From assembly GCF_000150275.1 (NCBI RefSeq), contig NW_002060955.1:1758024-1822023 (forward strand): a stretch of 64,000 nt of DNA, in the 5' to 3' direction. The stretch comes from Trichoplax adhaerens. Lineage: Eukaryota; Animalia; Placozoa. The notes under the pieces are model-generated. The model searched no databases, was not told the origin of the DNA, and was given only the letters and a program-made list of their open reading frames with translations. A program made the translations under genes and the position numbers. Shown here in pieces: positions 13,886 to 26,492 of the stretch. Position 1 is the first letter of the stretch. Each line of letters opens with the position of its first letter.

Positions 13886-14880
13886 TTTCTCTATAGTAAA
13901 AGCTGTTCAAATTGAAACTTCTTCCAACGGGAACCCTGCAGATTGAATCGTCCAAACATGACTAAGTCTGAGTGTACTCTACCATAGAGTTGACTTGATG
14001 GCGTGTAGTGTACGTCCGTATCGTCAATCTGTCATGTACAGTACAGTGCAGTACTAGACCGTGTACAGTACAATGTACTGTACATCCTTCATCCAAACAT
14101 GACTGGGTGTACTGTACAGTGTACAGTGTACAGTACTGTACCATAGAGTTGACTTGATGGAGGGTAGTGTACAACTGTACAGTACGTACTGTACTGTACG
14201 CCCGTATCGTCGATCTATCATCTACAGTGCAGTTCTGGACCGTCTACACTGTCCATCCCCTCTACACTCTACTGTATTTTCCCTATAGTAAAAGCTGTTC
14301 AAATTGAAATTGCTTCCAATGGGAACCCTGCAGATCCACTCTTCCAAACATGACTGAGTGTAAGTCATTGTACTCTACCATAAAGTTGAATGGATGGAGG
14401 GTAGTGTACGTCCGTATCGTCAATCTGTCATCTACAGTGCATTACTAGACCGTGTACAATGTACTGTACTGTACAGTGTACTGTACATCCCTTCATCAAA
14501 ACATGACTGCGTGTACAGTGTACAGTACTGTACAGTACCATAGAGTTGACTTGATGGAGGGTAGTGTACACTGTACACTGTACAGTACAGTACTGTACGT
14601 ACGTCCGTATCGTCGATCTGTCATCTACAGTGCAGTTCTGGACCGTCTACTGTACGCTGTCCATCCCCTCTACAGTACACTCTACAGTACTGTGTTTTCC
14701 CTATAGTAAAAGCTGTTCAAATTGAAACTGCTTCCAATGGGAACCCTGCCGATCCAATCATCCAAACATGACTGAGTGTACAGTACTGTACCATACACTT
14801 CCCTCTATGGAGTGGAGAATCCATCCGCATTGTCCATCTGTCACCCACAGTGCCGTCCTCGACGGTGTACAGTGTACAGT
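13886..14880. repeat. Higher-order tandem repeat (~390-420-nt units, each with two related subunits) with expandable GTACAGT spacers
   Basis: 'ctatagtaaaagctgttcaaattgaaa...gggaaccctgc' at ~13890, ~14283 and ~14701; 'caaacatgact...accatagagttgacttgatgg...gtccgtatcgtc.atctgtcat' about 5 times. Confidence 0.9.
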
Positions 14881-16201
14881 CGGCCTATGTTAGTACTGTA
14901 GCTAGTAGGCAAAAACAACGGTTCACAGTCCCAGTATAGCAGTCAACACCAACGGCCAAGTAAGTCATCAAGTCTGCAAGAAACAGCTTGCCATCGTCAA
15001 CAACATCTCTTGCTCTCCATACTTTGTTAACTCTATCCATGGAATCTTAGTGGTATGTAGAGAATGTATGCCTGCTTGCAAAGGAATGATGTACGATGAA
15101 TCATGACTAGACTACCTCACTTTTTTGTTGCACTATACTATCATGCAATTGCCGCTATCCTAGACAGTTAGTCGTCGTCATCATGCATCAGCGTCTTTTC
15201 GACTTGTTGTATTTGAAATGACGCTGGAGCTAGTGCATGCTTTCCAATGGCATGCCCATGACTCTACTACAACTTCCAAATAAAACTAATAAGTTGATGA
15301 TGGTACGCAGTGATAGAATAAATAGTCAGTCAGATGTACAATATTAGCATGCTTGACTATCGGTCAAGTGGAAGGAAAGTCATCAAAAACTGACATTGCT
15401 TTATGCCTCCTCGATTGCCCAATGCTATTCGTTGTGCATGCAATCAAGAAAGGATCCATGTCCTAATGCAATGGATTAGGAGAACGTGACACTAGGCTTC
15501 AATTGCTGTAGATAGAGTGGAAAGTATTAGCTTTCAATCGCTAGGATCCGATGTCATAGACGGCTACTCGAAAATTGAGAAAATTTTCGGAAACTATACT
15601 CACAACGAAATCATACTAAGATCTCATCGCTACAAGCAAACGGGCAATCTTAGCAGTATTGATCCTAACGTCCTCTTAGGATAACGGCGTACCACTACAG
15701 GACATTACAAGTGGCGTACGTATGCCAGCGAAATAGACGCACACTTGTGATGTTGCAATCATTAAAAGACAAATCTTTTAGACATGGACTGCTTAGAACT
15801 ATTCTTATCAAACAATTGTGCTAAGAGATGAAATGCCATGTTGAAATATTGTCTCCCCTTCTAGCTTAATACTGTACTTGCTTGCTACCGTATTAGATAG
15901 ATCGCTTTTCCACTGTACAACGATAAATCATCAACGACGTGTATACTGTACGGAGACGTACAAATAACGACGCTAGTTTTGTATGTAGACGTAGTGAGAA
16001 TGGCGTTAAAGGATAAAATTAAACATGGTGAAATGTTGTCCACTTTACAGCTTGCTTTCTATTCTATTCGATATATTACTCTTCCACAACGAAAATCATA
16101 AATTCTATCTAGCAATAGAAGAATCCATCAACAACGCTGATTAGTCCAATTGTTGAACGCTAAGTCAACACTTTATATTTTCTCTCGCAGAGCACCAAAT
16201 A

Positions 16202-19177
16202 ATGTTTTCACAATCTCTTAGTGGAAATAATACTGGTACATTCAAATTTGGTGCTGGTGGCAACACGGCTACCACACAAGCCAATCCGTTAGGTGGTGGT
16301 GGTGGCGGCGGCTTTTCCTTTGGAGCATCAAATACCCAAAACGCTGCTAATAAAAGCTTTACCGGATTTGGCAACACAACCACCCAAGCTGGTAATTTCA
16401 CAGGTTTGGGCGCCACCGCAGCAGCGTCCGGTGGTTTTGGTGGATTTGGCACCAATACAACCTCACAAGCAGCCGGATTTGCAGGATTTGGCAAGACAGC
16501 AACCACACAATCAACAGGATTTGGTGGACTCGGTACAAATACTTCTACACCATCGACAGGCTTTGGTAATTTCGGTACAAATACGTCCACGCAATCGGCT
16601 GGCTTTGGAGGATTCGGTACCAATCCAACGACGCAATCTGCAGGATTTAGCACTTTCGGTAAGCCAACGGCCACGCAATCCGCTGCCTTTGGGGGATTTG
16701 GTAATACATCTACTTCACAACCAGCTGGATTTGGTGGCTTTGGTACTACATCAGCGCAACCCACTGGCTTCAGTGGATTCAATATGTCAACAACATCCAA
16801 ACCAACTTTCGGCACAGCAACCACTCAATCGAGCGGATTTGGTAGTTTTGGTACAACAGCACCTCAAGCAATTGGTTTCGGTGGATTTGGTAGCCTTGGA
16901 GGCAGTTCTGCCTTACAAACAGGATTTGGACCATCGACCGCGACTACCTCTCTATTCGGTAAGCCGTCTGGTAATATAAGTGGATTTGGAGCTGGAACCA
17001 GTGCGCTTAGCTTTGGCGGTCAAACTACTGCAAGTAATTTGCTTGGTGGCCAAGGATTAGCTCCTGGTGTTGGTCAACAAGGTTAGTTTTCACTGAGCTT
17101 ATTTCACACTTTAATTATCTTGAAAGACGGTAATTTATTCTGTGCAGTTTAGGAAATAAGTAGTAAGAGTGCGTCTGAATTCATTATTGATCATCTATTT
17201 GTCAATAGCTGTTCAGGGTGGTGTTCCTGAGAATCTTCTTTTAGTTGCTAGTTGTACCTGTAATATTTTTGGTGATGAAAGGGATCTAACACTAGCAAAG
17301 TTTAATCAACTTCAAGCTATCTGGGGGCTCGGAAAAGGCTTTTATAATAGACACGCGCCTCCAATTGAGTACCAACGATCGAATCCTTTGTGTATATTTA
17401 AGGTTAGAATCGCTGTGACAATCATATAACTATCAAATACAGAATGTTTTATCAAGATCCTCTTCAGGGTAATTCATAATTTCAATGATCCATATTGTTC
17501 TTCTTAGACCGTATGCTTTAGTAGCCTGCCTGCAGTAAAAGAATCTGATGGACTTGTTGTTCTTAAACTCAATAAGAAAGAAGCAGATGTAAATGCTCAA
17601 AAACAAAACATTTTAGATGCACTTTATACTGCTTTAGGAAAAAGACCGTTATTATCGGTGCGATTTGTTGATGTTAGAGCTATTGGCGACAATGCGTAAG
17701 TAGATGGTATATTGACCCTATTTCGCGTAGTAGATTGACTTGCTACCAGTGGACTTCATGTTGTAGACTAGTTTAAATTGAAGGGGATTTTATTTTTAGA
17801 TCCGAAATGACATTTTATATTGAAGAAAGAGCGCTCAATGGGGTTCGAAAGCGTTACCTTGCTCGTGAGATTATTGATCATTTGGCTAGAAATAATTTTT
17901 CTGTAAGTTTCATCAATGTAAACTTGGTCTACGCGTATACGAGATGTACTTTTCATAGATGGTAGCAATATTGGCAAATGATAATGATCTAGGTAATATA
18001 GAATGCATATTTTTCTGAATCATAGAGCCAAATAGCCAGCTTAGGAATAGTGGATATTTATCCAAAACCGATCATTACTCCACAACAAGTTAGAGATGTC
18101 CTAGAAAATCCTCCGTCAGGTTCTAATATCGGTATAGATTTCAATTTTTTAATTACGGCAATTGCTAACATTCTAGTATTGTGTAGGTATTAATCCAGCT
18201 GTGTGGAAACAAGCTATTGAGAATAATCCAGATTCCGCAAAGTTAGTCACTTAACTCTTTGGCGCATTAGTTAAGGAGAAAGATTGACATTATGATACAA
18301 GGCATTCTTGTTAAAAGTATTTACCCATTGTTTCCTACGCTATTCTAGTTTAATTCCTATACCAGTAGTTGGATTTGAAGAATTATGTGCTAGATTTAAG
18401 GCTCAACAAGAAGAAACAAAACGCCAAAATTCTGCTTGTGAAGTAAGACCTATTATTGTGGTAAAATAATTCAATCCTAATAATATGCTTATTTTATCCG
18501 AAATTTTTTGACAGCAAATATCGGATGAGTTGGTTAAATTACAGCAAAAGCAAGCTGTAGTTAGTGCTAGAGTAAATCAGTATCGACGTAAACACATGGA
18601 ACTATGCCATCGTGTGTTAAAGATCATTAGTAAACAAGAGTTAATTAACAAGAGTGGATTTTCGTTAACCGAAGAAGAAGATCAATTCCGATTTAGACTT
18701 CAGGGAATGGAAACTGATTTCAATGCCCCAAATCAGTTTAAGGTTATTTAGCATTTTATTATATCCATGCAAATTAACTGCCTAGCTGTATATGGGATAC
18801 ACAAAGCGAGTGATAAAAAGGAATTGATTTTTATCCTTATTGATTGCAGAACCGGCTGTATGAGTTAATGTCTCAAATCAGTATGAAGAACACAACTTCA
18901 TCAGGACCACAAAATTTAGAATTTAAGGCAGATGAAGAGACATTGCATACCATTAAAAGAGTTAGTTATACTCGTACACTATTTTTGATAAAAATAAGAT
19001 TAAAATAGATTATAAAAAGGTTTTTATTAATTGATTTTGTACACGTATTTCTATTATACATAGTATCTAACAAACCAACAGAAAGCTATAACTGCCTTAG
19101 TTGAAACATTTAAAGAAGATCTAGAGGACATTAACGTTATTGAACAAGGCTGGTCAGGTTCTTCAAATAAAAGCTGA
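16202..19177 (+). CDS. NUP54: Nucleoporin Nup54 (FG-repeat N-terminus, alpha/beta domain, coiled coil)
   Basis: ~290-aa FG exon, then IFGDERDLTLAKFNQLQAIWGLGKGFY, NPPSG|INPAVWKQAIENNPDS, LIPIPVVGFEEL, RRKHMELCHRVLKII; stop at 19175-19177. Confidence 0.93.
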
Positions 19178-19468
19178 GATAGCACTCTGTTAAATTCAAA
19201 GTCAAGTCGAAGCTACTGTTGAAAGATTGCAGATTCCTAAAGATATTGTTATTACTTATACTGCAATTTCAGCAATGAATTAATTCCTTCATTAATTATT
19301 GGAAGCCATTTTTGTACAGATACTGATTCAAATTACGACATCAGTATATCATAAAATATCGAATTCAAATAACTTATCATTTTTTATTTGGATACAATCA
19401 TGGTCTATAACGTACGTTTTTTTAATTGGAATATTATATGAATCTTGCGACATATAGACACCAATTGA

Positions 19469-20969
19469 TCAATGATTATAATTAGCAGCTTTATTTGAAA
19501 TATCACTGTGACGTCTAACTTTATTACTATGAGATGTATGGTAATGTTCCTTTGCTTTATTTTGGGCGTGATCCCTGCTCTTGGAACGTTTGTCTGTAGT
19601 AGTAACCGACTTTTCGTTTAAACGACTCTTCTTGACGCAGTCTTTAGCACTAGCAAGTTTGGGCAACTCTATAAAGTAAAAATGTCACATCAAACGTTAC
19701 TGTAGCATTTATTCAGTCGCTTCTTTAATAAGTCAATTATTGTAAAGCAAAATAAAGTTTTCCATTTTATTTACTATGTATATTGTAATGCAATATTTGT
19801 TATCCGTCCTATCGATGCAGCGATAAGTAGCGGAGGGTCTGTACTACTACTGCTTTATATCGAATTTTATAAGTAACATTATTGTTCGTTGCATTTTGTT
19901 TATACTTATTGTAATAAGGTTACGAAATAATTTATCATTGCTACAATAATAGTAGGAACTACCTATATCGTTCTCAATTTATCTGATAGTCGCTAAGAAA
20001 TCATTTATCACTCAGGTTACCTTTCCTTTTGTTTGATCGAACAGCATTTGTCATCATATTTTTCAAATAAACCTTATTAGCACCCGGTAATTTTTTCCTA
20101 TGTGATGCGGTAGATAAATGTTACACATAAGCAATACACTACGTTAATTTATTATAATTATTATCGCTTTCAGACTACGTTTAACTATTTCTACTTGTGT
20201 ACAGTGGTAATGTATCATAGAGCACACTACTCATTCATTTTAGTTTAATCAGAAATGCGATTTAGCTGCAATATACTACATTTATTATCGCTTTTCAGAC
20301 AACGCTTAACTATTTTTGCTTGTGTACAGTGGTAATGTATCATACATAGAGTACACTACTCATTCTTTCTACTTCAATCAGGAATGCAATTTAGCTGCAT
20401 TTACATTGCAGTCAATTTATCCATACTTTTACATTAGAAAGATGGATAAGGTATTTAATGTATCCTTTTGAGTAGAGATTGAAAGGAATTACCCAGTTTA
20501 CTTACCATCCAATGACTCCTATTCTTTCAGAGCGATCTTTTCCTCTCTTTGCTTCTTTTAAGATTTCTTCAGCGGCTAACCTGGAAAATAGGATGAAGTA
20601 TGATAGAATTAGTACCTTATTACTGCCATCCTTAGAATTAAGTCTCTCTTTCCCTCTCTCTCTCAATCATCGTTCAGTATCGTACCATTCCATACAGTAG
20701 TAAACTCGTGATTGTATCAGCCAACATGATCGCAATATAACTACAGGTATTGCACACGGTACCTCGATACCTCGCAATTGGAAGCTATCGAGAGCAACTA
20801 CTGCAATGTGATATCAATTTCAAAATAAATTTATTGACTAGCTAACAGTACTTGAATCTATTCTTTACTATCTTCATACGAAGTGTATATGATACTACAT
20901 AGATCACCTTTCAAGTTCGTCATCATCAAAAGTAGGAAGAGATTTGCTGTCCTTTTTATCCATTGACAT
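19469..20969 (-). CDS. Homologue of human 'protein POLR1D' isoform 2 (not the RPAC2/AC19 polymerase subunit); 4 exons
   Basis: Spliced product MSMDKKDSKSLPTFDDDELER|LAAEEILKEAKRGKDRSERIGVIGW|KKLPGANKVYLKNMMTN... aligns with human isoform 2 (ELERKAIEELLKEAKRGKTRAETMGPMGW...NKRFL); exons 20969-20908, 20580-~20506, ~20097-20021, ~19668-19469. Confidence 0.8.
20131..20400. repeat. Direct duplication (~125-135-nt unit x2) in intron 2 of the POLR1D-like gene
   Basis: 'ttattatcgcttt(t)cagac...cttgtgtacagtggtaatgtatcata...acactactcattc...atttagctgca' occurs twice. Confidence 0.85.
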
Positions 20970-21306
20970 TAATGCTGATGTGAAGAGTATATTTACAAGT
21001 ATTCTATGTATTCCAATTTCTACTGGTGGTTGAAGATCTTCCAACTGTACACCGCATCCAGTATGATTGGTTGCTTGAATATCCGATGATCTACTGATCA
21101 GCCAATATTACTCCAAAGACCAAAGCAAAACTCCTACTTTGTCCAAATTGATCATTCCACCCATAGGATTGATTGACTTCAATAGATGACAATCATGATG
21201 GCTAAGAAAAGCTCAACTTACTGACTGTGAAGATTCTATCTATTTTTATACTTGATGAATTAGCCAAATGGAGAACGCAAGCAATCGGTTATGCAAGCCT
21301 GATCGT

Positions 21307-21340
21307 TGTCGTCGTTACCAGTCTACTGGTAACGACGACA
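21307..21340. repeat. Perfect 16-bp inverted repeat with a 2-nt spacer in the bidirectional promoter region
   Basis: tgtcgtcgttaccagt-ct-actggtaacgacgaca. Confidence 0.9.
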
Positions 21341-22463
21341 CTGGACCGTTAACAGACGTTTGGGTATTTTACCCATGACATCATTGACTGTATAGCCTTC
21401 CGTCTGTCTGTCGTTGTGTCCTAGACTACTCCAAGGCGAGTTGTTTTGAGGAAGTGCATCCATGGACATTGGATAGGACTTTCAATAAGGCTGGAGAAAA
21501 CAACTCTTATAACGTGGTAATATTGTCTACAGTAGCTTTTTAAGACTTGAAAATGAGTCAGTAATAGAGCATGGACTCCTCGTTTATGCATGGACTTGTG
21601 TCTACCTAGTGAAACTACTTAAAAAGGTCCCTGATATAACAATATTCAACAATAGATTAAAGATCAATTTCAAGTATCTTGCACAGTGTCCAGTCCAGTG
21701 CAGAACAAGACTGTAATGTACATTCTAGTCTGCACTATTTTGCAATTATCTTTTAGTACCCTATTGCTGAAAGTGCTTACTGAAGCTGTAAAGCAGTTGC
21801 AGCAATAGATACTAAACGATAATTGCAAAATGCCAGAGTGTACAATCCACATAGACGACTAGTCCATGTTGACTGAGGCTTGTATGCGAAAACACTTTAA
21901 AGTCCCTGATGGAACAATTCAACTACAACTTTAACCATAATACAATATCTCCTATAGTACTGGATCAAAACTGTACAAGTATTTCAGGACAACTTTAAGC
22001 CCTTCAACTAGGAAAGGATCTGCAAGCGATCGGAGTGGAAGCGACTAGCTTACCATGGACTTGCAAGTCTTTCAAGTCGCTGCAGACCTTGAGCACGCCG
22101 GATCGTCTTGCATCCATACTACTTGCTATACAGTGTACAATACGGTAGCTAGAATGCAGTAGAACAAGTATGACAAGGTTCTATTGTCTATCGTTTCATG
22201 CGACACATTCTACAGTACAAGATCGTACAGTACAAGACTGTACGAGCTAGAGTGATTTGACTGAGAGTTTGGGAAATGAGCGTCGATGGTACTGTAAAAT
22301 AGCGAGCAGAAATAATGTCGCAATTCTCGACCTAGAGATGGTATGATAACCTAAGCAATTCTAGTAAATACATGGTTATAAGGTGACATTCATTTTTCTA
22401 CAAATTGATGGATATGCCAGCACCAAATGCGACGACGCAAAGACAAATCCATCGACTGCAATC

Positions 22464-23630
22464 ATGGCAGATGTAGAACAGCCCGCGGCTCAAGATGAAG
22501 GATCGCCAGCCCTTTCTCAAGCTGAAAATGAAGGTATTAAAACATAATATAGTTGAGATGATGGTAGTACTTGATTCTGGACTAGAGTACTGCTTCTATC
22601 TACTGTAAACTCTGTCATTATTTTCCATTTTGTTGGCGTACTGTGAGCCCAACAAGGAGATGCTGTTCAATGTCGGCGTTTTCCTTGCAGTGACTCACCA
22701 GCTCTTGCTAGGTGCTATCTTCATGTATCATTATAGAGTTACTACCGCGAATGACTGCTCGATATGAAGTAATGTAGTATTCCAACCGCAACTATTGTGT
22801 GTTTTAGCTTAAAACTTCATTTTTTTCTGATTAAATGATGGATGATTGATATTTTGCAAAGTCCTATTCGATTTCGCTTGATTTTGATATCGGTCATTGT
22901 CGATAATGTGGACATGGCCTAGCCATGCACTCGATGCATTTTACTCTATCCATTCCTACTGTCATGAAAGCGATATAAGTGTAAAAGATCAGAGTTGTAG
23001 GATCGAATTTGTAGTGCATAGCTTATTCAATTGCGATGAATTATATCTTAGCAAGAGCCGCTAATACAATTTGCAGTTTGTAATGATGACATATTAATGC
23101 GACAGATCAGCCAAATGTAACAAATCATGAGGAACAAGCTAAGGAAGAAGCTCAAGTCATCAAACCTTTGGTAACAGTAAGACCAGATAGTGATGAACCA
23201 GTGGTAGACAATCAAGTACAGCCGGTAATGACATAATAATACCTAATCGTAGTAAATAGGCCATTGGAGTCAAGATGTTGTAGTGGCTGCATCCAATGGG
23301 ACAATCACCATTCAATCAACTTTTTATGTGCACAGGAGGAAGAAGAAACGCCAAAAATAGAGATGGAATCCCAGGGTGAAGATGCTGAAGAAAATATTGA
23401 AAAAACTACTGAAGAAAATATGGAAGAAAATATGGAAGAAAATATGGATGAAAATATTGAAAAAAATATTGAAGAAAATATGGATGAAAATATGGAAGAA
23501 AATATTGAAGAGAATATTGCGGAAAATATTGAAGAAAATATAGAAGAAAATATTGAAAATGAGCAAGCAAATGAAGATAATAAGGATGAAGGAGATAATG
23601 ACGACAAAGGCAACGATGACGATAATGATA

Positions 23631-23673
<43 letters not shown>

Positions 23674-26492
23674 CGATGATATCCAAATTCATATCGGGGA
23701 TGTAACAGCGACATCGACTACCTCCTTTCCAAGGTATTTAACCATTGTAGACAACTTTAACTAAGATATATTATAATAATAATTAAAATTCTTACTAACG
23801 ATACAATCTGACTAAACGCTAGCGGTCCAAATGTACCATTTAAAAGTGGTACTCGAACATCGGGAACTGGAACAGGTAAATCATTGATCCCGTAGCCGAC
23901 TTTCTTGCAGTAGCAGCATAAATTCTCTAGCTTATGTTTCAGAGCTTATATTTAGAAATTAATAATCGATACAAGTGGAAAGAGAAAGTTCCATTCGATG
24001 TAGTCCGCTAATTACTTTTATATTTGTACATAGGTGCAAGCAAGAAGGTTATTGATATTGAAGCTGAAGGACAAGTGGATGGCACCCCTTTGTACGAGTA
24101 TGATATAGATGATAGTGAAAAACCATGGAGGAAGCCAGGTACGACTTTTGGCTAATAGCACATTTACGTCTATTTATAAACAGTAAAGATAGTCAGATTC
24201 TTGACGTTGTCAATATCTTTTATGCTTATGCACCACATAGTCATCCCTTAGCCTTGCCTCTAGTACTAACTGAGACTAACTGAACCCTTTATTAGGTGCT
24301 GATATTACTGACTACTTTAATTACGGATTTAATGAAGAAGTTTGGAAGCAATATTGCGAGAAGCAACGCAAATTGAGGGCAGAGATTGCAAATGGATTAT
24401 ATAATCCACCACCAAAAGTACAAGAAAACTTTTACATATTATTAATAACCGTCGCCATCGTAGTAATCTTGCTATTGATAATCTGATAGTATTATCTTCC
24501 ATTAATCCTACTCTTATGAATTAGGGATCATTGCCATCAATACATAAGAGTGAACTTAATACTCAAGCTGCTAAGACTGATGCAGTGAGTGCGACTGGTA
24601 AGGATTGACTCTAATTTAGAATCCTACTTTCTCCAGATACTCTGAAGCTGTACAGCTGTTGCATTTATTGTTGACTTTATACTGGTCTACTTATCATTAG
24701 ATGCACTATTAAAATGAATTTTTTTATTAATCTAGCAGGAAAGCGACTTCCCAACAAAGCTGGACCGCCTCCAGATAGGAAAACAGAGGGAGCTATCGCT
24801 GTTATTGGAGTCGGTAAGTGTATCCGCTATCACAAGTTTATATCTTATACTAACCATCGGCGTTTTGAATTAGTGTTGGTATCTTTTATCATTGATTGAA
24901 AATTTGTCGCATGCAGTGCAATGATTGAAGTTGCTATTTGTTTTACGTAGCTGACAGCCGACGCAGACTGGATGAGTTACCTGCAACATCGGAAATAAAC
25001 ATTCCCCAGAGGTTTTGGAATAATTTAATGCAAAGTTGTAATTAATCGAACTACTGGATATTGGATATTTATAACATCTTACTAATTACCATTTTAGGGA
25101 CACGAATAAAAATAATTCTAGCCAATCTCGACAATCGCAATCCAACGTAGGTCCTGGTATGGTACAGGTAAATACTAGTATTCCACCGCCTATGATGAGT
25201 GGCCAGCAATTTTCTCAGCCAGCAAATCAAGCCAATTCGGCTAGTGGTCCAATCATGAATAATCATCCCAATCCAGCCCCTCCTGTGCAGCAGTTTCTCG
25301 TTCCTCCACTTAGTCATAACTTACCACCACCCAATATGCAACTTCCGCCACCCATTCCAAATCCACCTCCAATGGTTGTACCAGGATTTAATGCTATGCA
25401 AGGTGAAGGAATACCTCCGGCTGGCTTTCATAATATGAATATGCCTCCAGTTGGTATGGGTAGAGGCCGTGGAAGAGGTGGTATGGGTATCCCGGGAATG
25501 GGCCTACCCGGTCAAGGTCCAGGTGAATTCCAACCAGGAATGGAAGATAGGTACAATGTCATGTCACGAATATAACAAATGTGAACGTAATAGCAGACAA
25601 TGTTAATCACTACATTCTTTTTTACTATAATGGTGGATGGTAGACCTTTTTTTGCCGGCTCAGGTAATGCTGCTAATTACGTAATTATATTTGAATTGTT
25701 GATATTCACTGTTGACTATAAAACTTATCCTGATATTTTTTTATGGCAAACATTCTATTTGATATAGGTCAGGCGACTTCACCTGATATTTGGCCTCCTA
25801 ATCAAGAATTCCCTCAAGGCTTTAACCCAGAGTCGAGAGGTCATAGCTCTGTTTCCGATAGTGAAAATTCTAGTGAAAGCTATGAATATGAACACCCTAG
25901 AAGTAGTAAAGAAAAGAGTAGTAAACGGCGTGAACGAGGACGCGATCGAGATCATCGAGAACACAGAGATCGTGATCGTGATCATAGTGACCGGCACCGA
26001 GAACGACATCGAGATAGAGAGCATAGAGATCACGATAGAGATAGGAAGCATAGAGAGCGAGACAGAGATAGAAGAGATCATGATCGAGATAGGAGAGAGG
26101 TACAATAATAATTGTACAGTACTTTAGCGTGTTTCCTTAGGCTGAACTAGATACAGTTAATCTCACATCATTTCTTTTGTGGTTAAATCTAGGACCGGCG
26201 CAAGAGAGATGATCGAAATACTAAGGAAGATAAGAAAAGGTGCCTAGCACAGTGCTATTTGTAGTTTACTAATCGCAGTCATTTTATGTTTACTGTAGAA
26301 CTGGTCATGCTTTGCTGACAAAAAGAGAATCATTGAGGCTGATCATTGAAACATTTATTGATCGTATTATTTTTTTGCACTAGGAGACGCCATAGTGCTG
26401 GTTCTAGTGATGGAGAAACTCCACGTCGACCCAGCAAACATTCAAAAGATAGAGAGGAAGCGATTGCAGATGAAGATGTCAACGCATCATAA
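22464..26492 (+). CDS. FIP1L1: Pre-mRNA 3'-end processing factor FIP1 (multi-exon)
   Basis: Acidic N-terminus ending [10 protein letters not shown]; Fip1 motif EKPWRKPG|[27 protein letters not shown]; Pro-rich region; RD/RE dipeptide C-terminus; start codon less certain. Confidence 0.93.
23388..23680 (+). repeat. Coding minisatellite (12-nt GAAGAAAATATN; EENI/EENM) followed by (GAT)n poly-Asp in FIP1L1
   Basis: Visible directly; explains the antisense poly-I, poly-H and SIFS ORFs. Confidence 0.9.

Noticed and set aside
16165-16979. 219-aa antisense and 228-aa alternative-frame ORFs over NUP54
   Set aside because: Shadows of the repetitive FG-coding exon
19469-20969. RNA polymerase I/III subunit RPAC2
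   Set aside because: No EDHTLGN/Rpb11-like motif; only isoform-2-type sequence is present
23305-23714. Antisense poly-Ile, poly-His and SIFS ORFs (likewise 7961-8233 and 25779-26127)
   Set aside because: Reverse or shifted frames of low-complexity FIP1L1 and OFD1 coding repeats
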